DNA of 64,000 nt from Polyangiaceae bacterium (GCA_044376115.1 JBILLK010000039.1:24080-88079), one strand, 5' to 3'. Positions 46,343 through 58,019 are shown, numbered from the stretch's first letter. Numbers and translations: made by a program. Notes: generated by a model not told the origin, from the letters alone.

Positions 46343-47674
46343 ATGCGAATTGGCATCCTTGGCGCCGGGGTATCCGGCATGACCGCCGCATGGCTCCTGC
46401 AGCATGACCATCAGGTCACGCTGTTCGAAAAGGCGTCGCGCATCGGTGGGCACGTGGAGAGCGTCCCGGTGACGCTCGGCGGTGCGACGGTCCATGGCGA
46501 ACTCGGGACGCGCTTCTTCTTCGATTCGGCGTACCCGTACTTCCTGAGCTTGTTGCGCCTGCTCGAGGTGCCGACGCGCTGGACCAACCTGACCGTGTGC
46601 GTGACCGAGGTCGCTCGTGCGGCGAGCTTCGCCTTGCCGCCGCGCTCGCCGCGTCACGTCCTCGGGCTGATGCGCTCCCCGCGCTTCGTGCGCCACCTGC
46701 TCTCGCTGCGGCGCATGATCGAGCAGCAACGCGGCGGGTCGCTCGAGCGCAACTCACGGCTCACGCTGCGCGAGCACCTTGCGCAAGGCGGTTACCCGGC
46801 GGCCTTCGGTCCGGAGTTCGCCTATCCGTTCTTGTCGGCTTGTTGGGGAGCGCCGCTCAAGATGATCCCTGACTTCCCGCTCTATTCGCTGCTCAAAGGC
46901 ATGCCGCCGGGGCGCCGGCCGGGGACGCACGAAATTGAAGGCGGTATGTCGCGCTATCTCGAGGCCTTGCGTAAGGACCTGCCTCGGGTAGACCTGCGGC
47001 TCGGCGTGGAGGTGCGCTCGCTACAGCGCCAAGACGGCTTCACCGTGGAGGACGCGAGCGGCGCGCGACACAGCTTCGATCAGCTGATCCTCGCGACCAC
47101 CTCGCGCGAAGCGGCCGAGCTCCTGCGCGGCGCACCCGAGCTCGCGCCCCTCCAGGCCGCGGTGGGCGCTTTTCAACATTGGGAGACCGAGACGGTGGTG
47201 CACGGCGACCCCGCCTTCATGCCGCCGGACCGGCGGGATTGGGCGCACAACAACCTGTTCTTCGAGGGCGACCAAGCCTGGATGACCGACTGGCAAGGGC
47301 TGCGCGCAGGCCTGCCGGTGTTCCGCACGTGGCTACCCAAAGGACGCCCCCTACCGTCTCCGCTCTACGGGCGCCGAAGTTACCACCACGTGCTGATGAG
47401 CTCGGCGACCACGCGGCTGCAAAGCGAGCTCGTGGCGCAGCAGGGCGCGCTTGGCGTATGGCTGACCGGCATGTACTGCGTGGACGTCGATAACCACGAG
47501 AGCGCGCTGCTCTCGGCGTTGGTGCCGGCGCGAGCGCTGGCGCCGGAGTCGCCCAACCTTCGCCGCTTGTTGAAGGGCGTCGCGGCCGATGCCGTGCACA
47601 GCCTCGACATCCTGCCCAAGCGGCAGCCTGCGCCCGAACCCGCCGCTAGTCCGAACCAATCGGCAAACGCGTGA
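46343..47674 (+). CDS. FAD-dependent oxidoreductase (COG2907-like)
   Basis: IGILGAGVSG, FEKASRIGGH, VHGDPAFMP..R..W, HESALLSA. Confidence 0.8.
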   Translation: MRIGILGAGVSGMTAAWLLQHDHQVTLFEKASRIGGHVESVPVTLGGATVHGELGTRFFFDSAYPYFLSLLRLLEVPTRWTNLTVCVTEVARAASFALPPRSPRHVLGLMRSPRFVRHLLSLRRMIEQQRGGSLERNSRLTLREHLAQGGYPAAFGPEFAYPFLSACWGAPLKMIPDFPLYSLLKGMPPGRRPGTHEIEGGMSRYLEALRKDLPRVDLRLGVEVRSLQRQDGFTVEDASGARHSFDQLILATTSREAAELLRGAPELAPLQAAVGAFQHWETETVVHGDPAFMPPDRRDWAHNNLFFEGDQAWMTDWQGLRAGLPVFRTWLPKGRPLPSPLYGRRSYHHVLMSSATTRLQSELVAQQGALGVWLTGMYCVDVDNHESALLSALVPARALAPESPNLRRLLKGVAADAVHSLDILPKRQPAPEPAASPNQSANA

Positions 47675-47692
47675 CGAGAAGCTGAGACCCTG

Positions 47693-49900
47693 ATGCTTTT
47701 TACTTGGCTCGCGACCTTCATCTACAAGCATCGTTGGGGCACGCTGTTCGCCTCGCTCGCCTTCCTCGCCGCGTCAGTGGCCACCGTCGTTCACGGCGGC
47801 AATCTCACCGGCGGCAGTTTCGGTGATCGCGAGGCCGAACAGACGCAGCGGCTCGTCGAGCAGGTGCTCGGGCACTCCACCGACACGACCTTCGTGATCC
47901 TGTTTCAGAGTGACGGCCTCGAGGCCGATTCGAAGGCCTTTCGTGAGGCGATGGACGCCGCGCTCGAGCCTGTGCGCAAAGACCCCAACGTTCTATCGGT
48001 GCTCACGCCGGAGAACGCGCCGCGCCCTGTGGCGCGCGAGATGATCAACACCGAGAAGAAGAGCGCGGTCGCGCTGGTCAGCCTGAAGGGCACCTTCAAA
48101 CAGGCGATCTCTCGCTACCCGGCCATCCGTGAGCAGCTGCGCTCGAAGGAATTCACCATCACCTGCACCGGCAAAGTGCCCTTCCTCGACAACTTCGATC
48201 GGGTGTTGCAGCACGACATGATCCGCGCCGAGCTGATCTCGCTGCCGCTCGCGCTGCTGGTGCTTCTGCTGGTGTTTCGCACCGGCATGGCAGCGGTGTT
48301 ACCGGTCGCGGTGGGCGCGCTGGCGGTGCTCGGCGGCATCGCTGTGGTGATGGCTCTGTCCCATGTGATGGACATCGCCGAATACACCGTCAACGTCTGC
48401 TCGCTGATCGGGCTCGGCGTCGCCATAGACTATTCGCTGTTCATCGTCACCCGCTATCGCGAGGAGCTCGAGGCAGGCCACGACTATCGCGAGGCGCTGC
48501 TGCACGCGGTCGAGAAGGCCGGGCGCGTGGTGTGCTTCTCCGGCTTCGTGCTGATGATCGGCGTCTCCGGGCTGCTCTTCTTCAAAGGCTCCTTCCTGTT
48601 TGCGATGGGCGTCGGCGGTACCGTGGTGGTGCTGCTTTCGATCGTGTTCGCGTTGACCTTTCTCCCGGCTTTGCTCGCCGTACTCGGACCGAAGATTCAC
48701 GCCTGGCCGCTGCGCATCGCGAGCTTGGGCCCGCGCGAGGGCTTCTGGCGTGGGGCGGCTTTGTGGGTGATGCGCCGGCCGATCGCCGTGCTGATCCCCA
48801 CGCTGGCGCTGCTCGGGCTGATGGCCTCGCCGTTCCAGCGCCTGGAGATGACCGAGGCGGACGTGCGCGTGCTGCGTGAAGAGGTGGAGGCGCGCAAAGG
48901 CTACGAGCTGCTGAAGCGTGAGTTTCCGGAGTTCGGTGCCAACCGCGTGGTGATGGCGGTGAGCTTCCCTAACGCGCCAGCGCTCAACAGCGAGCGCATC
49001 GGTGCGCTTCACGACTTGTCCGAGCGCATCAAGGCGATCCCGCACGTGACCAAGGTGGAGAGTATCGTCAGCGACGACAGCTTCACGAAGGAGGTCTACC
49101 AGAGCATCCTCCTTTCGCCGCCCAAGATGATCAAGGAGCAGCTCGAGTCGGCGATGCAAGCGAGCGTCGGCGAGCGCGTCGTGATTATGTACGCCCTGCT
49201 CGACAGCGCGCCGGAGACGCACGCATCGCAAGAGGTCGTTCGCCAACTGCGTCGCGAGCCGGCGGTGCTCGATGGCACGCTCTCGGTGGGCGGGCAGACC
49301 GCCTCCGGCATGGACGCCACCGAGTTCGTCCGGGACAAAACGCCGCGGGCGATCGGCTTCGTGATGGGCATGACCTTCATCATCCTATTTTTGCTGCTCG
49401 GTTCGCTGGTACTGCCGCTCAAAGCAATCTTGATGAATCTGTTGTCAGTGGCTGGCTCGTTTGGCGCGCTGGTGTGGATCTTCCAAGAGGGCAACCTCGG
49501 CATCTCCGAGCCGCGGCCGGTGGAACACGCGCTGCCGGTACTTTTGTTCTGCGTGCTGTTCGGCTTGTCGATGGACTACGAAGTGCTGATGCTCTCGCGC
49601 ATCAAAGAGAGCTGGGAAAAGACGCAGGACAACACGCACTCGGTGGGGGAGGGCTTGGAGAAAACGGCGGGCCTGATCACCAGCGCCGCAGCGATCATGA
49701 TCGTCGTGTTCTCGGCCTTCGGACTCGCCACCATCGTGCTGATCAAAGCCGTCGGTCTGGGCATGGCGCTCGCCGTGCTCATCGACGCGACGCTCGTCCG
49801 CCTGCTGCTCGTGCCCGCCACCATGCGGCTGTTCGGCAAATGGAACTGGTGGGCACCCGCGCCGTTGATGCGCTTACGCGCCGCGCTCGGTCTGCACTGA
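47693..49900 (+). CDS. MMPL family (RND) lipid transporter
   Basis: GLGVAIDYSLFIVTRYREE, LFGLSMDYEV, ITSAAAIM, DATLVRLLLVPA.M...G.WNWW.P. Confidence 0.93.
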   Translation: MLFTWLATFIYKHRWGTLFASLAFLAASVATVVHGGNLTGGSFGDREAEQTQRLVEQVLGHSTDTTFVILFQSDGLEADSKAFREAMDAALEPVRKDPNVLSVLTPENAPRPVAREMINTEKKSAVALVSLKGTFKQAISRYPAIREQLRSKEFTITCTGKVPFLDNFDRVLQHDMIRAELISLPLALLVLLLVFRTGMAAVLPVAVGALAVLGGIAVVMALSHVMDIAEYTVNVCSLIGLGVAIDYSLFIVTRYREELEAGHDYREALLHAVEKAGRVVCFSGFVLMIGVSGLLFFKGSFLFAMGVGGTVVVLLSIVFALTFLPALLAVLGPKIHAWPLRIASLGPREGFWRGAALWVMRRPIAVLIPTLALLGLMASPFQRLEMTEADVRVLREEVEARKGYELLKREFPEFGANRVVMAVSFPNAPALNSERIGALHDLSERIKAIPHVTKVESIVSDDSFTKEVYQSILLSPPKMIKEQLESAMQASVGERVVIMYALLDSAPETHASQEVVRQLRREPAVLDGTLSVGGQTASGMDATEFVRDKTPRAIGFVMGMTFIILFLLLGSLVLPLKAILMNLLSVAGSFGALVWIFQEGNLGISEPRPVEHALPVLLFCVLFGLSMDYEVLMLSRIKESWEKTQDNTHSVGEGLEKTAGLITSAAAIMIVVFSAFGLATIVLIKAVGLGMALAVLIDATLVRLLLVPATMRLFGKWNWWAPAPLMRLRAALGLH

Positions 49901-49910
49901 GCTGGGCGGG

Positions 49911-51005
49911 CTAGTGTGCGCGCACGTCGCTCGCGACGATCGCGTCGTAAAGGGCAGGGAAGTCCTCACCGCCGAGGCGCTCACCGGGAGCGCCCGCTTT
50001 GCGCTCGACCAAGGTAAAGATCTCCGAGGAGGCCATTGCCTCCTCTCGGGGCACGCCGCTGCCAACGAAGCAAGCCACACGTCGTTGGCCTGCACCAACA
50101 TAAGCAAGCTCCACGCGACCATGGCGGTACTTCTTCGGCAGCTCGCTCAGCCACGAGAAGACGTGAATCGCTCGCGGTAGGGCGCGACACTCGGCCTCGA
50201 ACGTTGCGGCCTGGGCTGGGGAGAGGCCTTCGCTCGAGCAACGCACGCCGCTTACCTCTGCGGTCGAGGCCCAGGTGTGGACGATGGGGTATTTGCATTC
50301 TTTGAAGCAGCGTTGGTAGGCGACGCCAAAATCGTCACGTTCGAAGGCCTGCTCGCGAACGAAGCGGTAGCTGGCCTGGGCCAACTGCGCGACGGGCGCT
50401 GCTTGCAGCCAGTCATGAAGCAGCGAGGCCGTCCCTCCGCTCTCCTCCGCGAAGCCGCGCGCCACGCGTTCCGGCGTCACCTGCTCGCCCGTCTTGAGCA
50501 CATGGGCCCAGATCGCCTGGCGTACCTCCTCGACACGTTCAAGACGAAAGGCCGGATGTTTGCCGCCCAACGCGCGACGATGCGAAAGGCCCTCCGCGTC
50601 GAGCAACGCGAGCAGGCTTGCGATGCCCTCATTCGGCGTCGCGATGAACTCGGCGCGGGCCTCGCGATAGAGCCGCGTCGACTCGGAGACCTCCAAATCC
50701 GTAGGGGCGGACCTAGGCTCCGGTACCAAGAGGTCCGCAACCTCCACGGCTTCACCTGGCCGCAGCTCGAGCCGTAACGGCGGGCTGCCGTCTTGCGTAA
50801 GCTCGACGCGTATGTTGGCGCTGGGCACCGAGGTAGCCAGGAAAGAGAACAACGGATCGAGGGCGGCTCGCGCCCCCACATTTCCAACGAGCGCCTCGCG
50901 GTAGTGCTCCAGTAGTTCGACGTCTTCGGCGTGCTCGATCGCACCAAACCCAATCGTCATCCGTTCGATTCGAAGTTGGGGGTCGATCATGCTCACTCGC
51001 GTCAT
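49911..51005 (-). CDS. Hypothetical protein
   Basis: Long protein-like frame; ATG at 51005 overlaps the upstream TGA. Confidence 0.6.
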   Translation of the reverse strand: MTRVSMIDPQLRIERMTIGFGAIEHAEDVELLEHYREALVGNVGARAALDPLFSFLATSVPSANIRVELTQDGSPPLRLELRPGEAVEVADLLVPEPRSAPTDLEVSESTRLYREARAEFIATPNEGIASLLALLDAEGLSHRRALGGKHPAFRLERVEEVRQAIWAHVLKTGEQVTPERVARGFAEESGGTASLLHDWLQAAPVAQLAQASYRFVREQAFERDDFGVAYQRCFKECKYPIVHTWASTAEVSGVRCSSEGLSPAQAATFEAECRALPRAIHVFSWLSELPKKYRHGRVELAYVGAGQRRVACFVGSGVPREEAMASSEIFTLVERKAGAPGERLGGEDFPALYDAIVASDVRAH

Positions 51006-51574
51006 CACTTGATGGCAACGAGGTTGAGACTGATCAAGACGCTTCCGACCGCCACGGAGCTTGCGTCTTTGAAGATATCGAAGCGAGGTACGCGATGGAC
51101 CTCCGAAAAGCCGGCCTGTCCAAGCGCCGAGGCTAGGAAGTCGTCCCACAGGCCCACATAGTGAAAGTCGTACGGGTCGATCTGGCCGCCAAACATCATA
51201 CGCATCACAGCGTATCGAAGCTGCTCATCCGCTTTGGGACTGGCGAAGATCCGACACAACGTCATCAGATCCGGGACGCTGACGAGAAAGCGCCCGCCCG
51301 GCGCGAGAACCCTGGAAACTTCCGCAAGCGCAACGTGGAGAGCGCCCTGATAGCTCAAGTGCTCAAACACGTGAGAGGCGTACACCATCGAAAACGACCC
51401 CGTCTCAAAGCGAGATAGATCCTTGATGTCGCCGATGTGATCGACGCCCTCAAACTTTTGCGCGTTGAAGATCTCCCAACCGGCGCGCACCTCCACTCCG
51501 CCTAGGTGAAGCTTTCTGCCCTCGACCTCCTTCAAGAGATCGGCGGGGGGTTCTTCATCCGGAGTTTGCGACAT
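51005..51574 (-). CDS. Class I SAM-dependent methyltransferase (COG4627-like)
   Basis: KLHLGG, YASHVFEHL, RVLAPGG...VSVPDL, SLNL. Confidence 0.82.
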   Translation of the reverse strand: MSQTPDEEPPADLLKEVEGRKLHLGGVEVRAGWEIFNAQKFEGVDHIGDIKDLSRFETGSFSMVYASHVFEHLSYQGALHVALAEVSRVLAPGGRFLVSVPDLMTLCRIFASPKADEQLRYAVMRMMFGGQIDPYDFHYVGLWDDFLASALGQAGFSEVHRVPRFDIFKDASSVAVGSVLISLNLVAIK

Positions 51575-51629
51575 CGGCGCAGTGTTCCACAACCAGGCGC
51601 CCTTGGAAACATCCCGAGGCTGCAGAGGC

Positions 51630-53291
<1,662 letters not shown>

Positions 53292-53400
53292 AGCCTACCA
53301 GCACCCTGCGCTCGGCGGGGCAGCAACTAACGAGGCTGCGCAAACGCTATACTTCAGCTCACGCTGCGGTTTCCCGCGTTCCGCGTTAGATTGCGGCGCC

Positions 53401-54309
53401 GTGAACTGGGACGACGTCCGCTACTTTCTGGCCCTGGCTCGCACGCGCTCGGTGCGCGCCGCGGGCGCGTCGCTCGGCGTGAGCCACTCCACGATCGCAC
53501 GCCGAGTGGAGACGCTCGAGAGTTCGCTCGGCGTGAAGCTCTTCGATCGCAACCGCGACGGCTATCTGCTCACAGACGCAGGTCGTGAGATGGTCACCGG
53601 CGCCGAGCGAGTGGAGCGCGAAGTGGGCGCCCTCGAGCGGGGTCTGGTCGGGCAGGACGCGCGGCTCGAAGGCGCCGTACGTGTGACCTGCACCGATCCG
53701 TACATCGCCAAGATCCTGTTGCGGGCGCTCGCCGAGCTGTGCGAGCTGCACCCTGGGATCGAGCTGCAGTTGGACGCCGACGCGAGGAACGTCGATCTCT
53801 CCAAGCGCGAGGCCGACATCGCGTTGCGCGCCCTGCTGACCCGCGCAACTCCGCCCGAACATCTGATGGGACGCCGGCTCGTGCCGATCGTGGTCGCGAG
53901 CTACGTCTCAGTCGCACACACCGAGCGGCTCGACCCCGAGCGCGCGGGAACGCGGGCCCGCTGGCTCGGCTCGGATCCGGTCCGCGTAACCGAATCGCTG
54001 GTCGCCAGCTCGAGCTATCCGGAGCTCCCGGTGTGGGGGTCGTTCGACTCGCTCGAGGTCATGATCCAGGCCGCGCACGCGGGCCTCGGCTTGGTGATGT
54101 TGCCGACCTACGTGGGCGACCAAGTGCCCAGCTTGGTGCGTCTGCAGCAGCCCGACCTCCGCCATGTCGCCGACTTCTGGCTGCTCGGTCACAGCGACTT
54201 GCGAGACAACGCCCGGCTCCGCGCAGCGCGCGAACGGATCAGCGCGGCGTTGAGCGAACGAGCCGAGCTGTTTCCGACCGTGGTGCAAGAACGCGTCGGT
54301 GCGTCCTGA
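53401..54309 (+). CDS. LysR family transcriptional regulator
   Basis: NWDD.RYFLA.AR..S...A...LGVSHST..RR...LE..LG..LF.R; DL..READIALR. Confidence 0.92.
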   Translation: MNWDDVRYFLALARTRSVRAAGASLGVSHSTIARRVETLESSLGVKLFDRNRDGYLLTDAGREMVTGAERVEREVGALERGLVGQDARLEGAVRVTCTDPYIAKILLRALAELCELHPGIELQLDADARNVDLSKREADIALRALLTRATPPEHLMGRRLVPIVVASYVSVAHTERLDPERAGTRARWLGSDPVRVTESLVASSSYPELPVWGSFDSLEVMIQAAHAGLGLVMLPTYVGDQVPSLVRLQQPDLRHVADFWLLGHSDLRDNARLRAARERISAALSERAELFPTVVQERVGAS

Positions 54310-54354
54310 ACTTGCAACAAGCACTCAGTGGCCTTGCGTCTAGATTGCAGAGCC

Positions 54355-54981
54355 ATGAGCACCGACGCTGAGTTTTGGGACGGCATCGCCGAGAAGTACG
54401 CTGCTCGCCCCGTCGAGAACCCGTGCGCCTTCGAGCGCAAGCAGGCCATCACGCGCGACCTCCTCCGGCCCGGTGCGACGGTGCTCGAGATCGGTTGCGG
54501 CACCGGATCGCTCGCGCTCGCCATGGCCCCGTTCGCCGGGCACATTCACGCCGTGGACGTGTCGCGCGAGATGGTCCGCATCGCAAACACGAAGAAGGCC
54601 GCCGCCGGGGTGAACAACGTCAGCTTTCATGCCGGCACGATCGATGAGCTACCAGTCGGCCCCGGAAGCGTCGACAGCGCCTGGGCCTTCTCCCTCTTGC
54701 ACCTCGTCCCCGACCGCGCGCACGCCCTGAAAGCGTTGTACGAATGCATCGCCCCCGGCGGTTCGCTGATCTCGTCCAACATCGTTTTGGGCGACTCCTG
54801 GGTTCCCTACCGCCCGCTGCTCGCGGTGATGCGCTGGCTTGGCAAAGCCCCCACCGTGAACATCTACGACCGCGTAACGATCGTCCGCGAGCTGCAGCAG
54901 ACCGGCTTTATAGGCGTCGAAGAGCAAGACGTCGGCGCCGATTCGAACGTGGCGTTCATCGTTGCGAAGAAGCCGATCTAG
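54355..54981 (+). CDS. Class I SAM-dependent methyltransferase
   Basis: FWD.IAEKYA, VLEIGCGTG, VDVS..MV.IA, FSLLHL, PGG. Confidence 0.88.
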   Translation: MSTDAEFWDGIAEKYAARPVENPCAFERKQAITRDLLRPGATVLEIGCGTGSLALAMAPFAGHIHAVDVSREMVRIANTKKAAAGVNNVSFHAGTIDELPVGPGSVDSAWAFSLLHLVPDRAHALKALYECIAPGGSLISSNIVLGDSWVPYRPLLAVMRWLGKAPTVNIYDRVTIVRELQQTGFIGVEEQDVGADSNVAFIVAKKPI

Positions 54982-55099
54982 TTGTGACGTTGCGTCACGA
55001 GAGTGGGCCCGTGTCTGTAGCGCGCCGCCCACCAACTCAGCCATCCGTTAGGTATTCAGCCCGGAGCGTGATAGCCGTGGCACCACGAGCAGATCTTTC

Positions 55100-55275
55100 A
55101 TGCAGGAGGGCGAGAGCTGCGATGATGGCAACGCCGACAACAGCGATGCGTTCCCGCAGAATTGCTTGATCGCGAGCTGCGTGGACGGCTTCGTTCAGGG
55201 GGCGCCAACGGCGCTACGCCCGACGCGAACTTCTCGCACCCGGCCTGCTTCGTGAACTGCGCCTGCAACAACTAG
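55100..55275 (+). pseudogene. Remnant of a myxobacterial Cys-rich repeat (DUF4215-like) gene
   Basis: EGESCDDGNADNSDAFPQNCLIASCVDGFVQG (degenerate GE.CDDGN..N.D.C...C..A.CGDG), then a CFVNCACNN* tail in another frame. Confidence 0.5.
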
Positions 55276-55296
55276 CGGTTGCTGGTAGGCGGCTTC

Positions 55297-56529
55297 ATGA
55301 AAGTGCGTGAAATGCTGGGGCGCGTAACGAGGTGGCTAAACTCGTTACGCTGCCACGACCCGCTGCTCATCGGGCTGCTCGCCAGCGCGTGCGGGAGCAC
55401 ACCGTTGAGCCCGAGCGAGCTGCGCGAGCCCTCGCGTTCGACGCCAACAGCCACGCCGCTAGCGACCTCTGCTGCTGGTCCGCAAACGCTCCCTGCCTGC
55501 GGGTTGGACGAGCGGCTCGCCGGGCCGGCCGAGCTCGATGCGCGTACGGAGCAATCCCCGCGCGGGCGGCAACTCTTCACCGAGGCTGGCGTACCGTGTT
55601 TGCTCCTGGCTAGCGGTCGCGTGGCTTGCTGGGGGATCGATGGTTGGGTGAAGCCCGAATGGCCGAACGCGGCGATCATGCCGAACCTCTCCGACGTGGT
55701 CGATCTCCAAGGTGTCGGGAATCACCTATGCGCGTTGAACGGCGCGGGCGCTGTGAACTGCGCGCAACTGCGAATGGGCCCCAACCACCCTGCGAGCCGG
55801 GTCGCCTTTGACGGCCTCCGTGGCATCGTCGAACTCGAGGGCCGTTGTGTGCGACGCGCGAGCGGTGAGGTCGAGTGTCTGAACGGCGATGAGCTGGTGC
55901 GCGTGACGCCGTTGACTGGCGCCTCGGAACTCCACCCCTTTTTGGAGGGAGGCTGTGGTCTGGTTGGGACCAAGGCCGTGTGCGCAAACAGCGGAGCGCA
56001 GGGCAAGGTTGCGCACTTGGAGAACGCCATTGAGATGGGAAGCGGCCATGGGTTCTTCTGTGCACGCTCGGCGGATAAGCGCGTCTTTTGCCGAGACCCA
56101 TGGGGCTACGAGCCTCCGTTCGAGCTGCCTGGCCTCGCCGGAACCAGCAAGCTCGAGCTGTCAGCGGCGGTCGCCTGTGGGCTCAGCGAGCGCCGCGGGG
56201 TCGTGTGTTCTGCGGTCTCCAGCAGCGGTGACCGCGGCACCAAAGGCGCGAAAGCCGGCTTCGAGATCCCAGGCCTAAACGGTGTGCGTCAATTGACGTT
56301 GGGCCATGCCAAGGGCTGCGCCGTGCTCGAAGGAGGTCGCGTCGCTTGCTTCCACCTGCTGCCCGAGCCGTCGCAGCGAGAGCCTCCTTGTCTCATGCCC
56401 GTCAGCGAGGCCGTCGAGGCCACCCTCGATTCGTCGGACAAGCTCCTTTGCGTTCGACGCCAGAGCGGCGCTGTCCGCTGCTGGAACGACGACGGCACAG
56501 ACGGACGCGAGGTCCTCGGCTTGCCGTAA
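55297..56529 (+). CDS. RCC1-like repeat lipoprotein
   Basis: ASAC lipobox; repeated C.L...G.V.CW-type motifs. Start uncertain. Confidence 0.68.
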   Translation: MKVREMLGRVTRWLNSLRCHDPLLIGLLASACGSTPLSPSELREPSRSTPTATPLATSAAGPQTLPACGLDERLAGPAELDARTEQSPRGRQLFTEAGVPCLLLASGRVACWGIDGWVKPEWPNAAIMPNLSDVVDLQGVGNHLCALNGAGAVNCAQLRMGPNHPASRVAFDGLRGIVELEGRCVRRASGEVECLNGDELVRVTPLTGASELHPFLEGGCGLVGTKAVCANSGAQGKVAHLENAIEMGSGHGFFCARSADKRVFCRDPWGYEPPFELPGLAGTSKLELSAAVACGLSERRGVVCSAVSSSGDRGTKGAKAGFEIPGLNGVRQLTLGHAKGCAVLEGGRVACFHLLPEPSQREPPCLMPVSEAVEATLDSSDKLLCVRRQSGAVRCWNDDGTDGREVLGLP

Positions 56530-56576
56530 GCGATGTCCAGTGCGGTGCCTCGCGTGCAACCTGAGCCCGCGCGCCC

Positions 56577-57127
56577 TCACGCGTCGATGATGATCAGCGG
56601 CATCGCGGCGCGCAGCCGCTTCAGCTCGGCGGGCTCGATGGGGTTCGAGAACAGGACGATGTTGCGCAAGCGAGGGTGAGCCGCGAGCGCGAGTGGCAAT
56701 GACGTCAAGCGGTTGTTGTCCAGCCAGAGCTCCTCGAGCCCCTCGAGCAAGGCGACGAAATCAGGCAGGGTCTCGAGCTCGGCACTCTGAATGGCCAGCC
56801 GCCGCACGAAATGCAAGCTCCGCACTGAATCGGGTAGCGTCCGCAGCGGCGAGCCGGCGATGCGTAACCACGCGATCGTGCACGAGCCGCACAGCTCCAA
56901 CGTTGCCGCCCAATCCCAGCTCGGCTGGGCTCCAAGGCGGCCTTGTGAGGGCAGCGCGGCGGCGCCGAAACCGACGGCCGAGCTGCAGCATCGCGATGGC
57001 CAGCCAGGCCTGCCTCGACCTCGACGGTCAGCGGCTCTTTCGACGCTCCACACGAGGCCAGCGTCAGCGAGGCGAGCATCAGCCCGAGCCCCCCACGCCC
57101 GACCGCGCGCCGACGTTCACCGCCCAC
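56577..57127 (-). pseudogene. Leucine-rich repeat lipoprotein, frameshifted
   Basis: LRRs (LETLPD....L..LEELWLDNNRLTSLP) in one frame and signal/lipobox MLASLTLASC in another; switch near 56915-56935. 5' end approximate. Confidence 0.5.
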
Positions 57128-57267
57128 CGCTGGTGAACATCGGGGTACACGGCCTTGCCGATTCAGCACAGGCTCGCCAGCGTAGCGGCTCGCAGCGTTG
57201 CGTACAAAAGCCCGTTGGGCGCGCCGAGACGCGCGCGGCCAGGCCGCCGCCAACGGACCCAGCCCGA

Positions 57268-57495
57268 CCCAGCGTGGAGTGCGACATTGCGGCGCTTGTC
57301 ACCGTGAGACGGGGCGATCTGTCGCATGCGAGGTGCAGCGACGCTGCCACCGATACTGCGAGCTCGACCGAACCTCGCTTTTTTTGCGCGGCATTGCTGC
57401 AAGACCGTTGCGCGCGGCTCGCGCTGGCTGGCTCTCCCAGCGTGGAGTGCGACACTGGGGCGCTTGTCACCGTGAGACGGGGCGATATGTCGCAC
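57268..57495. repeat. Two ~59-bp palindromic direct repeats (57268-57326, 57436-57495)
   Basis: CCCAGCGTGGAGTGCGACA...GCGCTTGTCACCGTGAGACGGGGCGAT.TGTCGCA twice, 168 bp apart; TGCGACA/TGTCGCA arms. Confidence 0.85.
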
Positions 57496-57661
57496 GCCGC
57501 GAACGACGCGAACCACCCGAGCCCTTTTGCAGACCGCTCGCCTATGGAGGTCAATCTCGGAGGGCCGAGAGAACGTCTCCCGTTAGGCCGATCTCGGTGG
57601 TGGAGCCCCACACGAACTCGCTTTGCGTTCTGCTCGACGTCGCTGCTCGTGAGAGCATCGG

Positions 57662-57985
57662 TCAGTCGAGGACGACCACGCCGGCGGAGTTGAACTCCAC
57701 GCCCAGCACCAGCGCACGTTCATCCTCATCGAGGTGGGCCACGCTCACGATCGTCGCCGGCGTGCGGCCGTCTGCACGGGTGCGAGCCAGCCGTCGACAT
57801 CGAGCAGCGCGCCTTTGCGCCTGGCCTCAAACGTTGGGGAGGCCAGCAGCGTGTTGAGCGCGGTGGCCAGCGCCGTACGTTCTCGCTTGGGGAGGAACTC
57901 GGCCATGGGCATGGCGCCCAGCGTCTCGAGCGGCGGGGCCCGAACATCGGCCAACAAGCTCTCCACGTCAGCCAGTCGTTGTGCA
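57662..57985 (-). pseudogene. Internal fragment of a HerA-like (COG0433-type) ATPase, frameshifted
   Basis: PP...LGAMP..EFLP.RER..LA..LN.LLASP.F....G..LDV / DGRTP..IVSVAHLDEDER.LVLG, with a frame change near 57780. Confidence 0.55.
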
Positions 57986-58019
57986 ATGAGACGTTTGACG
58001 CCGAACGTGGACAGGAGGC

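Noticed and set aside
54284..54316. TGCAAG...CTTGCA inverted repeat as a LysR site
   Set aside because: Only 6-bp arms with a long spacer, partly inside the coding region; too weak to support.
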